This document shows, piece by piece, positions 1 to 10,070 of a DNA stretch of 64,000 nucleotides. Each line of letters starts with the position of its first letter. Within the stretch, counting starts at the first letter, position 1. The stretch is from Burkholderiales bacterium (GTDB taxonomy: Bacteria > Pseudomonadota > Gammaproteobacteria > Burkholderiales > SG8-39). The notes beneath the pieces are model-generated. The model made no database searches and had not been told where the DNA came from. It saw only the letters and a program-made list of their open reading frames with translations. The stretch spans positions 654,387 to 718,386 of the forward strand of contig JAOSJV010000010.1 of the NCBI GenBank assembly GCA_027493935.1, written 5' to 3'. A program made the position numbers and the translations under genes.

Positions 1-7
1 CGCTCCT

Positions 8-937
8 CTATCCGGCGAGCGCCGCGTCGACGATCCCTGCCGAAAGGAGCACGGTGAGCTGCACGAGCGACGCGAAGAAGTTGCCGAGCGCCCGCTTGCG
101 GGTGGGATTCGCGGCGAGCCGCAGGCTCATGAGCACAAAGAGCGCCCCGCCCGCCGCCGCGCCAGCGCCGTAGATCCAGCCCATGCCGTACGCCAGCGGC
201 ACGAATGACAGCGCGACGAGCGCGAGAGTGTGCGCGAGGATCGCAAGCGCACAGGCGCGGTCGCCGACCACCACCGGGAGCATCGGCACGCCGGCGGCCG
301 CGTAATCGTCGCGGCACACCATCGCCAGGCTCCAGAAGTGCGGCGGCGTCCACAGGAACAGCACCACCGCCAGGACAAGCGGCACTGCCGGCAGGCCGTC
401 GGGCACGACCGCCGCGGCGCCCGCCAGCACTGCGAAGCTGCCTGCCAGCCCGCCGATCACGATGTTCCACCACGTCCGGCGCTTGAGCCAGACGGTGTAG
501 ACCACCGCGTAGACGAACGCGCCGAGGAAGGTGTAGAGCGCAGCGAGCCAGTTGGTCGCGAGCGCCGCCGCGGCCACCGATGCCACGGTGAGCGCCGCGA
601 GCAGCGCCGGGAAGCGGCGGTCGTGCGCGAGCGCGCCAGTCACGAACGGGCGCGTCATGGTGCGCTTCATGCGCGCGTCGAGATCGCGCTCGTACCACTG
701 GTTGAAGCCGCCGGCGGCGGCCGCGGACACGAACACTGCCAGGCCGAGCACCGCGATCTGCCAGCCCGCGGGCGCCGCGCCGGGGGTCATCGCGAGCCCG
801 GCGAGGGCGGTGAACCCGATGACGACCCCGATGCGCAACTTGAACAGCCCGACCACCGTCGCAGCCGCGGCGAGCGCCCGATGGGGGGCCCGCCCGGCGC
901 CGGCCCCGGAAGGTGCGGTTTCGGTGAAGCTTGCCAT
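8..937 (-). CDS. ctaB: Protoheme IX farnesyltransferase (heme o synthase)
   Basis: Multi-TM protein with UbiA/CtaB motifs FNQWYERDLDARMKRTMTRP, YTVWLKRRT and LWTPPHFWSL; last gene of the heme-copper oxidase operon. Confidence 0.93.
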   Translation of the reverse strand: MASFTETAPSGAGAGRAPHRALAAAATVVGLFKLRIGVVIGFTALAGLAMTPGAAPAGWQIAVLGLAVFVSAAAAGGFNQWYERDLDARMKRTMTRPFVTGALAHDRRFPALLAALTVASVAAAALATNWLAALYTFLGAFVYAVVYTVWLKRRTWWNIVIGGLAGSFAVLAGAAAVVPDGLPAVPLVLAVVLFLWTPPHFWSLAMVCRDDYAAAGVPMLPVVVGDRACALAILAHTLALVALSFVPLAYGMGWIYGAGAAAGGALFVLMSLRLAANPTRKRALGNFFASLVQLTVLLSAGIVDAALAG

Positions 938-1018
938 CTCCGCATCTCCTGTGTGGTGCTCCCGTTCCCGTCCGCAGAGCTGCGCTCGCGGGGGACTTGC
1001 CCGCCCCCCTCTCGCGCG

Positions 1019-1043
1019 AGATCCCCGCTTGCGTGGGGATGAC
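1019..1043. repeat. REP/dRS3-like palindrome, single copy
   Basis: Reverse complement reads GTCATCCCCACGCAAGCGGGGATCT, the same family as GTCATTCCCGCG..GGAATCC at 24.15, 29.48 and 48.58 kb. Confidence 0.6.
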
Positions 1044-1076
1044 GCTGCGCGCGCGGCTGTCGCCGCTTGCGCAGCG

Positions 1077-2805
1077 TCACTTCAGCGGCCAGACGGTGGA
1101 CAGGTACTTCCAGTTGATGAAGTAGTACAGCACGAAGGCCACCAGGAACACGATCGCCAGGACGAACGTGCCCGAGGCGGACCAGGCGTGCGTGCCCACG
1201 CCGCCGGTCCCGGTGAGCGATGCGGCCACCGAACCGGTCGGCGCCGGCGCGACGCCATCGCGCGCCCGCACGTGCTGGAAGCCGGGCGTCTCGATCTTCT
1301 TGCCGAGGAACACCGAGTAGACGGTGACCAGCAGGTACATCGCACCGCCCACGACCGCGAGCACACCGCCGATCCCCATCAGTCCGATCATCAGCCACGC
1401 GGTGCCGGGGGAACTCGAAACCGAGCGGGTTGCCGGAGAAGGCGACGTCCCAGTGCCGGCGCGGTACGCCGAGCGTGCCCGCGCCCATCATGAACAGCGA
1501 GAACACCGTCATGCCCAGACCGAACACGTAGGGCTGCCACTTGGCCACCCCCGGGAACGCCATCTCGCGCCGGAAGAGCACCGGGATGAGGAAGTAGGTG
1601 ATCCCCATGAAGGCCATGGTCGTACCGAGCACGACCGTCGCGTGGAAGTGGCCCGGCACGTAGAACGTGTTGTGCATGATCAGGTTCAGCTGCTCGGTGC
1701 CGAGGATCACCCCGGAGATCCCGCCGAGGAAGCCGAAGCCGATGATGCTGATGAAGATCGACGAGAACACCGGGTTGCCCCACGGCGCCTTGCGCAGCCA
1801 CTCGAACAGGCCCTTGTTGAAGCCCTTCTGGCGCTGCGCCACCTCGATCGCCCCCGGCACCGTCAGGCCGTGCACCATCGACGCCAGCACGGCGAGGTAG
1901 AACGCGTAGCTCGTGTTGAGGATCTTCCACTTCGAGGTGAGGCCCGGATCGGCCAGCAGGTGGTGCGCGCTCGCGATCGTGATGAACAGGATGTAGAGCA
2001 GGAAAGCCGTGCGGCTCACCTTCTCGCTCATCGGCTTGGCGCCGAACAGGATCGCCGCGCCCGCGTACCATACCGCCACGTGCGCCGACACGTTGATCTG
2101 CTGCGAGCTGTGGCCGAAGGCCCAGAAAATGTGGCGGTACATCAGCGAGTCGATGGTCGGCACCATCCCGATCGACCACAGGAAGGTCGGGATCAGGATG
2201 ATGGCGCCGGAGGCGATCGTGAATACCGCGATGATCGCCGCGGTGAGCGCGCCGAAGGTGACGAGCGGCACCGAGCCGTTGTAGGTGCGCTCGGATTTGC
2301 CCACCGCCAAGGTGGCGAAGAAAACGAAGCAGCCGATCAGGGCGCCGACCGCGAACAGGATCAGCCCGAGATAGAACGTCCAGTGCGCGCCCATCGGCGC
2401 GTAGGCCGTGAACATCACGCTCGAGTCCTGGCGTACGAACACCGCATAGTTGTTCATCAGCCAGCCGATCACCATCAGCCAGAAGCCGGCCCACGCCCAG
2501 CGCGGCGCCGCCAGCCGGCAGTTGAGCAGCGTCGAGCCGGCGAAGTACAGCACCGCGATCTCGAAGAAGATGATCCAGAACACGAGCATGTTCAGCCCGT
2601 GGCCGGTGAGCACCATGTAGAACGCGTCGGGCGCGAGCAGGTGCACCGTCTGCCAGCGGGTCAGCGTCACCAGCAGCGCGAGGATGCCGCCGACCAGCAG
2701 CGCGACCACGCCGACCACCGCGTTCCAGCGGATCAGCGCGTCGGCCGGCTGATGGAACTTGAGGCCCGTCGTCGGGCAGGTCCGGAACATTCGATTGACA
2801 GCCAT
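1077..2805 (-). CDS. Heme-copper oxidase superfamily subunit I, eNOR-like nitric oxide reductase (frameshift at ~1407-1411)
   Basis: All six His ligands present (TGHG, FGH, AHH, GHFH). Helix VI reads FGHSSQQINV, with Gln instead of Tyr at H+4. Removing one base in a G5 run joins 787..2805 to 1077..1391 (GFEFPGTAWLMIGLMG). Confidence 0.85.
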
Positions 2806-2820
2806 GGCCGCGCCTCCCTC

Positions 2821-3378
2821 TTACTTCTTGTCGGTGACGTACAGCTTGCTCACCATCGTGTGATGGTTGATGCCGCAGTACTCGTTGCAGATGATCGAGT
2901 ACGTGCCCGCCTTGGTCGGCTGCACGGTGAGGATATGCTCGTAGTTCGGGTGCACCTGGATGTTGATGTTCTCCGGCTGCAGCGAGAAGCCGTGCAGCCA
3001 GTCGAGCGACATCAGGTGCAGGCGGTAGGTCTGGCCGGCCTCGAGCTCGAGGATCGGCTCCCACTGCCAGAGCCGGGCGACGAGATAGACGTCGCTGCCC
3101 GCGGGCGGCTTCACGACCGGGATCTTGACTTCGTTCAGCCCGGTCTCCTCGCGCACCTTGTACTTGCCGACCATCTCCTGCACCTTCGCCGTGAAGCCCT
3201 CCGGGGTGTTGCGGTAGGCCTCGTTCGAGAGGTTCTGCTTACCGAACACGTGCCAGTACGGCATCATGAAGAACAGGAACATGCACCAGACGAAAGCCAT
3301 CAAGATCCAGGTGATCTCCACCTTCTCGATCGGCTCCTTCCACCACAGCCGGTTGGACGGCGGCTGAATCGCGCTCAT
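2821..3378 (-). CDS. Heme-copper oxidase subunit II with CuA site (eNOR subunit II)
   Basis: One TM helix plus cupredoxin domain: WLHGFS...CNEYCGINHHTM. Confidence 0.9.
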   Translation of the reverse strand: MSAIQPPSNRLWWKEPIEKVEITWILMAFVWCMFLFFMMPYWHVFGKQNLSNEAYRNTPEGFTAKVQEMVGKYKVREETGLNEVKIPVVKPPAGSDVYLVARLWQWEPILELEAGQTYRLHLMSLDWLHGFSLQPENINIQVHPNYEHILTVQPTKAGTYSIICNEYCGINHHTMVSKLYVTDKK

Positions 3379-3415
3379 CTCGCTCTCCTATAGGACGTAC
3401 GTTCGCCGCGCCGCT

Positions 3416-3592
3416 TCAGGGCGCGATGGGAACGCTGACGATTTCCATCACGCCCCAGATGAGGTACAGCACCGTCGGAACCACCACGCCGAGAAAGAGC
3501 AGCATCCACGGATTGTCGAGCAGCTGCTGCATGAACGGCTCGGGCTCTTCCGGGATCTCCTCGTACGCGAGCGGCTGGTTTTTCTCGGCCAT
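3416..3592 (-). CDS. Small single-TM protein, probable accessory subunit of the eNOR-like oxidase
   Basis: 58 aa with an acidic N-terminus and hydrophobic helix (LDNPWMLLFLGVVVPTVLYLIWG); AGGAG RBS; first gene of the operon. Confidence 0.75.
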   Translation of the reverse strand: MAEKNQPLAYEEIPEEPEPFMQQLLDNPWMLLFLGVVVPTVLYLIWGVMEIVSVPIAP

Positions 3593-3713
3593 GATTGCTC
3601 TCCTTTGCAGAAACGGTTCTTGCCCGCCGCCGGCCGCGCCGATCGCATGCGACCAGCGTCCGCCTTGCGGCCTTTCGCTGCCGGAATCTACGGCACGCGA
3701 CCCGCAGCCGAAT

Positions 3714-3727
3714 TTGATGTGACTCAA
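3714..3727. promoter_or_regulatory. FNR/DNR-type box
   Basis: TTGAT-GTGA-CTCAA in the divergent eNOR/ctaA promoter region. Confidence 0.75.
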
Positions 3728-3752
3728 ATAAACCCCAGTGCTGATGGGCGGT

Positions 3753-3766
3753 TTGATCCATGTCAA
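3753..3766. promoter_or_regulatory. FNR/DNR-type box
   Basis: TTGAT-CCAT-GTCAA, the second box in the same intergenic region. Confidence 0.75.
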
Positions 3767-3804
3767 AATCCGTGCGGTCGCCGCATCGAATCATCCGCAT
3801 CGCC

Positions 3805-4894
3805 GTGTCGGATCGAACGTCGCTCGCCTTGCGCTCGCCCACCACAGTTCCGCTGCGCGGCGCGGCGCCCGAGCGCGCCGTGGCAGCCTGGCTGCTCGTT
3901 TGCGCCGCGCTCGTGTTCGCGATGGTCGTCGTGGGGGGCGTCACCCGGCTCACCCACTCCGGTCTGTCGATCGTCGAGTGGCAGCCGATCGTGGGCACCC
4001 TGCCGCCGCTGTCCGATGCCGATTGGATCGCGACCTTCGAGAAATACAGGCAGACGCCCGAGTACCTTCAGGTCAACCGGGGCATGAGCCTGGCGCAGTT
4101 CAAAGGCATCTTCTGGTGGGAGTACTTCCACCGACTGCTCGGCCGGCTGATCGGCATCGTGTTCTTGGTCCCGTTCGTCTGGTTCTGGATTCGCGGCCGG
4201 ATCGGCCGGCCGCTCGCCTGGAAGCTCCTCGGCGTGTTCGTGCTCGGCGGCCTGCAAGGCGCGATGGGCTGGTACATGGTGATGAGCGGGCTCGTCGACG
4301 ATCCGCGCGTGTCGCACTTCCGGCTGACCGCGCATCTCTCGATCGCCTTCCTGATCTTCGCCGCGCTCCTGTGGATCGCGATGAGCCTCCTCGCCCCGCG
4401 GCCGGCGGCCGGGCCGGGTGCGCGCGGGCCCGCCCGGCTCGGGTGGTGGATCACCGGCTTGATCGCGTACATGGTCGTCAGCGGCGGCTTCGTGGCGGGA
4501 ATCCGCGCCGGGAAGGCCTACAACACCTTCCCCCTCATGAACGGGCACGTGGTGCCGCCCGAGATCTTCATGATCGAACCCTGGTGGCAGAACTTCTTCT
4601 ACAACATGGCCACGGTCCAGTTCGACCACCGCCTCCGGGGCGTGGATGCTCGCGCTCCTGGTGCCGTGGTTCTGGCTGCGCACCCGCCGGACCGAGCTGC
4701 CGGTGCGCGCGCGCATCGCCGCCCACCTGCTCCTCGCCGCGCTCGTGGTCCAGATCACGCTCGGCATCACGACGCTACTGCTCGGCGTGCCGGTCGCGCT
4801 CGGGGCCGCGCATCAGGGCGGCGCAGTCGTGCTGCTCGCCGCGGCGTTGCTCGCGAACCACGCCCTGCGGAGGACCGGAGACGCGAAGGCGTGA
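3805..4894 (+). CDS. ctaA: Heme A synthase, COX15/CtaA family (frameshift at ~4635; start uncertain)
   Basis: [32 protein letters not shown] motifs. The C-terminus ([16 protein letters not shown]) continues in ORF 4646..4894. Confidence 0.9.
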
Positions 4895-5007
4895 CGGCGT
4901 CGCACGCCGTCACGCGCCGCGTCCGGTGCGGCCGCACGCCTTCGTCCCGGAACGCAGCGGCCTCCCGGCAGCGGTCCGGCGCCGCGCGCTCACCCGCCGG
5001 CCGGCGC

Positions 5008-5615
5008 TCAGCCGGCGGCGAGCGCCACGAGCTCGGGGTCGTCGAAATGGTCGATCAGGATGCGCCGCACCCGTTCCTGCCACAGTGCGCGGAACTCGCG
5101 CTGCTCGGCGGCGCTGGCGCCGCCCGCGGCGACGCGCGGCATCAGTGCCTTCAGCCGCGGCTCGGCGGGGACGCGCTCCGGCCGGAAGCCGGCAACCACG
5201 GCGGCGCCGGTGTCTAGCCGCACGAACCGCGCCTCGCCTCCTGTCGCGGCGTTGAAATGAAGCAGATCTCTGCGGTCGAACCGGCCGCCGATCCCTTTGA
5301 ACCCGCCGGCCTGGGCTGCACCGGTGAGCAGGCCGACGACGTGCGCGATCACGCCCGTCACGCCGCTCGCGAGGTCGTCGCGGAGCTCGACCCGGATCGC
5401 GCCGCGCTCGGGCCGCGCCGCGCCGTAGAGCCGCTCGAGCGCCTTCGCGGTCATGAGATAGGCGCCGGCGACGGTGGGGCAAGAGTGGCCGGCGAGGCGC
5501 ACCGCGTCGGCGTAGCAATACTCGACGAGGCCCTCGTCGGCCGCGCCGAGGAACTCGGCAAGCGGATCGTACATGACGATGCTGCGAACATCGCCGAAAA
5601 AGGGGGATGGCTCAT
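5008..5615 (-). CDS. FmdE-like putative metal-binding protein (probable frameshift at ~5597-5601)
   Basis: [12 protein letters not shown] motif. Adding one base in the A5 run gives [19 protein letters not shown], with an ATGA overlap on the upstream stop. Confidence 0.65.
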
Positions 5616-6076
5616 GTCGCTTTCCTCTCGTTCGCGTCGACCGGCGGGCGCGCGTCGGCGGACGCCGGCTCGCCGGGCTCGCGCAGGCTCGCGCTCGCCA
5701 AGCCGAGCCAGACCATCGCCGCGATCATGCACAACCCGCCGACCGGCACCAGCAGTGGCGGCAGGCCGAGCGCGGCCGTGGCGAGGATTCCGACGGGCAA
5801 CAGCATGCCGGCGAGCGCGAGCCAGGAGATGCAGCGCGCCGAGGACGCGCCGATCGGCAGCCGCACAAGCGCGTAGCCGACGACGACGTTGATCAGGGCG
5901 AACAGGCCGCCGTGCGCGTGCGCCATGCGCGCCTCGAGGTGCTTGCCGTCCGCGTAGTCGGCGATCCACGCCTCCTTGCCGGGCGCGAGGTCGCGCAGAT
6001 AGATCAGCACGAATCCGTAGAGCATGAAGCCGGCGAGAAACAGGAAGCCGGCGGCGAGATTCTTCTTGCCCTGCAT
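5612..6076 (-). CDS. Hypothetical 4-TM membrane protein with AHAHG motif
   Basis: AGGAGG RBS; MQGKKNLAAGFLFL...EARMAHAHGGLFALIN; hydrophobic pattern. Confidence 0.7.
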   Translation of the reverse strand: MQGKKNLAAGFLFLAGFMLYGFVLIYLRDLAPGKEAWIADYADGKHLEARMAHAHGGLFALINVVVGYALVRLPIGASSARCISWLALAGMLLPVGILATAALGLPPLLVPVGGLCMIAAMVWLGLASASLREPGEPASADARPPVDANERKAT

Positions 6077-6223
6077 GAAGTCCTCCTTCGCGCGTGCCTG
6101 CGCAGCCCGATGCGCGCCACGTCCTCCAGCGCGCGGCCGCGGCGATCGCCGCCCGCCGCTGCGTGCACAGGCTACGCCGCGCGGCACCCCGCCCGATGAC
6201 GCAGATCTCCGGCGCACGTGCGG

Positions 6224-7438
6224 TCAGCCGCCGGCCTGCGGCGTCGTGCGCAGCCGCCGTTCCGCCGGCCGGCTCGCGAGCGCGCACGCGACTCCCGCAA
6301 CGGCCATGACGAGCATCAGCGAGACTACGCTATCCCAGCTCGTGCCGTGCGAGCGCACCGCCGCGAGCGCGGGCGGACCGAAGAGCTGGCCGGCGTTGCT
6401 GCCCATGACCATGAGGCCGCCCACGCTGCCGACAAGCGCTGGCGAGGGCGCGTACACGGGTGCGGCGGCGAGCGCGGCGGCCGGGATGAGGCCGCCGGCG
6501 ACGCCGAACAGCGCGCCGAAGGCGAGCCGCGCCACCGGCGGCAGCACGCCGCCGAAGATCCCCAGCTCGGCCACTCCCATGCCCGCGCTGCCGACCGCAA
6601 GCAGCAGCCACAGCGGAACGCCGCGGCGCATCGCGCGCGCGCCCACGTAGCTGCCGGCTGCGTTGCACGCGAGCACCGCGGCGGGCACTGCGGCGGCGAG
6701 CGCGAGGCCGGTGCCCCACGTTTCGGTGACCATCGTCGGCAGCCAGACCATGAGCGAGATGTGCTGCGCGGCGTAGAGCCCGAAGCACGCCGCCACCAGA
6801 GCGGCGCCGGGCGCGGCCACCGCGCGACCGACGCTCGACACGAGCCCGGAACGGGCGGCCCGCGGCGCAAGCGGTCGCCATGCGCGGGTCGCCCAATGGA
6901 ACGCCGCCGCCCACAGCGCGGCAACGGCCGCCACGCTCAACCACAGCATTCGCCAGCCGAGGTGCTCGACGAGCGGCGGCGAGAGGAGCAGCAGTCCGCC
7001 GAACCCGATCGGCATGTAGGCAGCCCAGACCCCCAGCGCCCAGCGACGGTCCGCGGCGGCGGTGGCGTGCGCGATGAGCGCCCCACCGGCGACGGTGGCG
7101 GCGGCGAACCCTAGACCCTCGACGAAGCGGGCGACGAGCAAGGTCGCGGCGTTCGGCGCGAACCCGCCGAGCACACCGCCCGCGGCGAACGCAGCGAGCC
7201 CGCCGAGGACCAGCCGGCGCTTGCCGACGAGGTCGGCGATACCGCCGGCCGCGATGCCGAGCGCAAAGCTCACCACGGAGATGAGCGATGCGATCCAGCC
7301 CGCCGTGACCAGATCGACGCCGAGCTCGGCGCGAATGAGCGGCAGCGCCGCCGGCAGCTTGCCGACGTGCGCCGCTGCGACGATACCTGCGCCGAAGGTC
7401 ATCCAGACGACCGGCCAGCGGGTCGCAACCGCGGTCAT
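6224..7438 (-). CDS. MFS transporter
   Basis: About 12 TM helices; MFS motif A GGIADLVGKRR; ARFVEGLG. Confidence 0.85.
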   Translation of the reverse strand: MTAVATRWPVVWMTFGAGIVAAAHVGKLPAALPLIRAELGVDLVTAGWIASLISVVSFALGIAAGGIADLVGKRRLVLGGLAAFAAGGVLGGFAPNAATLLVARFVEGLGFAAATVAGGALIAHATAAADRRWALGVWAAYMPIGFGGLLLLSPPLVEHLGWRMLWLSVAAVAALWAAAFHWATRAWRPLAPRAARSGLVSSVGRAVAAPGAALVAACFGLYAAQHISLMVWLPTMVTETWGTGLALAAAVPAAVLACNAAGSYVGARAMRRGVPLWLLLAVGSAGMGVAELGIFGGVLPPVARLAFGALFGVAGGLIPAAALAAAPVYAPSPALVGSVGGLMVMGSNAGQLFGPPALAAVRSHGTSWDSVVSLMLVMAVAGVACALASRPAERRLRTTPQAGG

Positions 7439-7534
7439 GGCACCGGGGGCGGCGCGTACACGCGCCACTGCGCTACCCGAGCCCGCCGGTCGAACCGCGG
7501 GCACCGCACGCGACTCTCCCGGGGCTTCACGCGC

Positions 7535-9818
7535 TCAGCAGCCCGTGAGCACGATCGGCTCGAGCGCATCGCCTTGCGGCAGGACGCGGCCGATCGCGGC
7601 CGCGCTCGCGTAGCCGAGCGCGCGCAGCGCCCGCACGCAGGGCTCGGCGCGCTCGGCCGGTACGCTCGCGAGCAGCCCGCCGGCGGTCTGCGGATCGAAG
7701 ATGAGCGGATAGTGCGGATGGCTCGCCGCCGCCCCCGTTGCGCAGCGCGCGGCGCAGCCGCACGTTGGCCGGCGCGAGCGAGCTCGCGATCCCCGCGGCA
7801 GCCGTCTCCGCGGCGCCCGCGAGCAGCGGCAGCGCCGCGAGGTCGAGCTCGGCGTCGACGCCCGAGGGCCGGGTCATCTCCACCAGGTGCCCGAGCAGCC
7901 CGAAGCCGGTGAGGTCGGTGCAGGCGGTGGCGCCGTGCTCGCGCAGGCACTGCGCGCCGAGGCGGTTCGACTGCGCCATCGATTCGAGCGCGGCGTCGAT
8001 CCAGCGGCCGCGCGCCCGCAGCCGGGCGTGCGCGGCGAACAGCGTCCCGGTGCCGATCGGCTTGGTGAGGACGAGCACGTCGCCGGGGCGCATGCCGCCC
8101 TTGCGCATCACCTGCGCGAGGTCCTCGTCGATCAGTCCGTTGACCGCGAAGCCGAGCGCGAGCTCGCGGCCCTCGCCGGTGTGCCCGCCGACCAGGGCGC
8201 AGCCTGCCTCGTTCAGCACCTCGATCGCGCCCGCCATCATCTGGAACACCGCGTCCTCGACCTTCGCCTCGAGCCCGGGCGGCACGGTCGCGATCGCGGT
8301 GGCCGACTGCGCCGCCGCACCCATCGCGTAGATGTCGCCGAGCGCGTGGTTGGCCGCCACCTTGCCGAAGAGATACGGGTCGTCGACGAAGGCGCGGAAG
8401 AAGTCCACGGTGTGGACCAACGCCTTGCCCGGGGGCACGCGCACCACCGCCGCATCGTCGGGCGCGTGCAACCCGATCAGCACGTCGTCGCGCTCGACCG
8501 GCCGCAGCGCGCCGAGCGCGCGCGAGAGCACGCTCGCGCCGACCTTCGCGCCGCAGCCGCCACAGCGCATCGCGACGGCCGAGATCGCCTGTAGCGCCTC
8601 CTCGTCCGCGAGCTCGACCGCCGCGGCGCCGGCCGTCTGCGGGGACGATGCTTCCATCGCCGGCAGATCGGCGAACTTCGCCATGAAGCGGCGGTCGATC
8701 CAGTCCTTCCAGCGCCACACCCAGGCGCCGGCGAATCCGAGCGCGCCGCGCGAGGCCACCGCGCAGCGGTCACCGGTGCTGATGAGCGCGAGCCAGCGCC
8801 GTTGCGGCCGGAAGCTTCGCAGCCGCCTGCCCTCGACCGCGCGGCGCAAGTTCTCGGCGAGCGGCGACCCCTGGCGCACGGCGAACACGCCGGCTTTCTC
8901 GCGCGGATGGTCCGCCATCGTCGCCGCGTCGCCGGCGGCGAAGACCGCCGGGTCGGTGAGCGTCTGCAGCGTGTCCTCGACCAGGAGAAAGCCCTGCGGG
9001 TCGAGCGCGAGGCCGGTGTCGCGCAGCCACGCGGCACCGCCCGCCTGGGTCACCCACACGATCTCGTCGGCCGCAACGTCCTCGCCCGAAGCGGTGTGCA
9101 GCCGCCCGGGCGCGACCTCGCTCACCTCGGCGCCGCAATGCAACGCAACGCCGCGCGCGGCGAGCGCCCGCTCGAAGCGCCGGCGCACGCCGCGATTGTG
9201 CGTCGGCAGGATCCGCGCCTCGGCGCCGAACAGGTGGAACGCGAGCGCGTCGGGGTCGCGGCCGAGCGCGCGCAGCTCGTTGCGCAGGCGGTGCTGCATC
9301 GCGAGCGTGAGCTCGACGCCGCCGGCGCCAGCACCGACGACCGCGATGGTGGTGCGCCCGGCGTGGCCGCGCACGCGCTCGAGCAACGCGAGCCAGCGCG
9401 CATTGAAAGCGTGGATCGGCTTCACCGGCACCGCATGATCCGCGGCGCCGGGCACCTCGCCCACTCGCGGCGTCGAGCCGATGTTGATCGAGAGCAGATC
9501 GTACGGCACCGGCGGGCGGCCGCGGCAGAGCACCCGGCGCGTCGCGCGGTCGATGCCGATCGCCTCGGCGCGGTAGAAGCGCGCGCGCGCGAACTCCGCC
9601 AGCCGCCTGAGATCGATGTGCACCTCGTCGTAGCCGTAGTGGCCGGCGATGTAGCCGGGGAGCATCCCCGAGTAGGGCGTGTGCGAGTCGGTGCAGACGA
9701 GCGTCAGGCGCACCCCCGCGAGCGGGCGCATGCCGAAGCGCTTGAGCACGGCGACGTGGCTGTGCCCGCCGCCGACCAGCACGATGTCCCGCAGGACCGG
9801 TTGTTCAGACGATTGCAT
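7535..9818 (-). CDS. selD: Selenide,water dikinase (SelD) fused to an N-terminal FAD-dependent pyridine nucleotide-disulfide oxidoreductase (frameshift at ~7732-7736)
   Basis: N-terminal VLVGGGHSH and VVGAGAGG; C-terminal [45 protein letters not shown] is restored after removing one base. Confidence 0.88.
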
Positions 9819-10002
9819 CGCGGTCCGACCTCTCGACTCGGTAAAGGCATCCACCGAGTCGGCTCCCCCGCCCGGCGGCGCGCCACCGCTGCAGCGACGC
9901 GCCAAGGCGCATGCTAGCAGTCCCTCCGCCAAGCCCGCGCGCCGCGTCAGCCGCTTCGCCATCGCCCGATCCGGCATCTTGATTGGCAGCTGCTGTACCC
10001 GC

Positions 10003-10019
10003 TGTAAGTGGCATGTAAG
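10003..10019 (+). promoter_or_regulatory. TGTAAG direct repeat with 11-bp period upstream of the sNOR-like operon
   Basis: TGTAAG at 10003 and 10014, about 50 bp upstream of the start codon. Confidence 0.35.
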
Positions 10020-10070
10020 AGCGGGATCGTACAGAAGCATCCAACCGAAGCGAACGGAGGAGAGCGTTCC

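Noticed and set aside
1077-3378. Annotation as a ba3 or cbb3 oxygen reductase
   Set aside because: There is no Tyr at H+4 (GHSSQQ), and subunit II is CuA-type rather than CcoO/CcoP.
8540-8580. Selenocysteine in SelD
   Set aside because: The active-site motif is encoded as Cys (MRCGGCGAK); there is no in-frame TGA.
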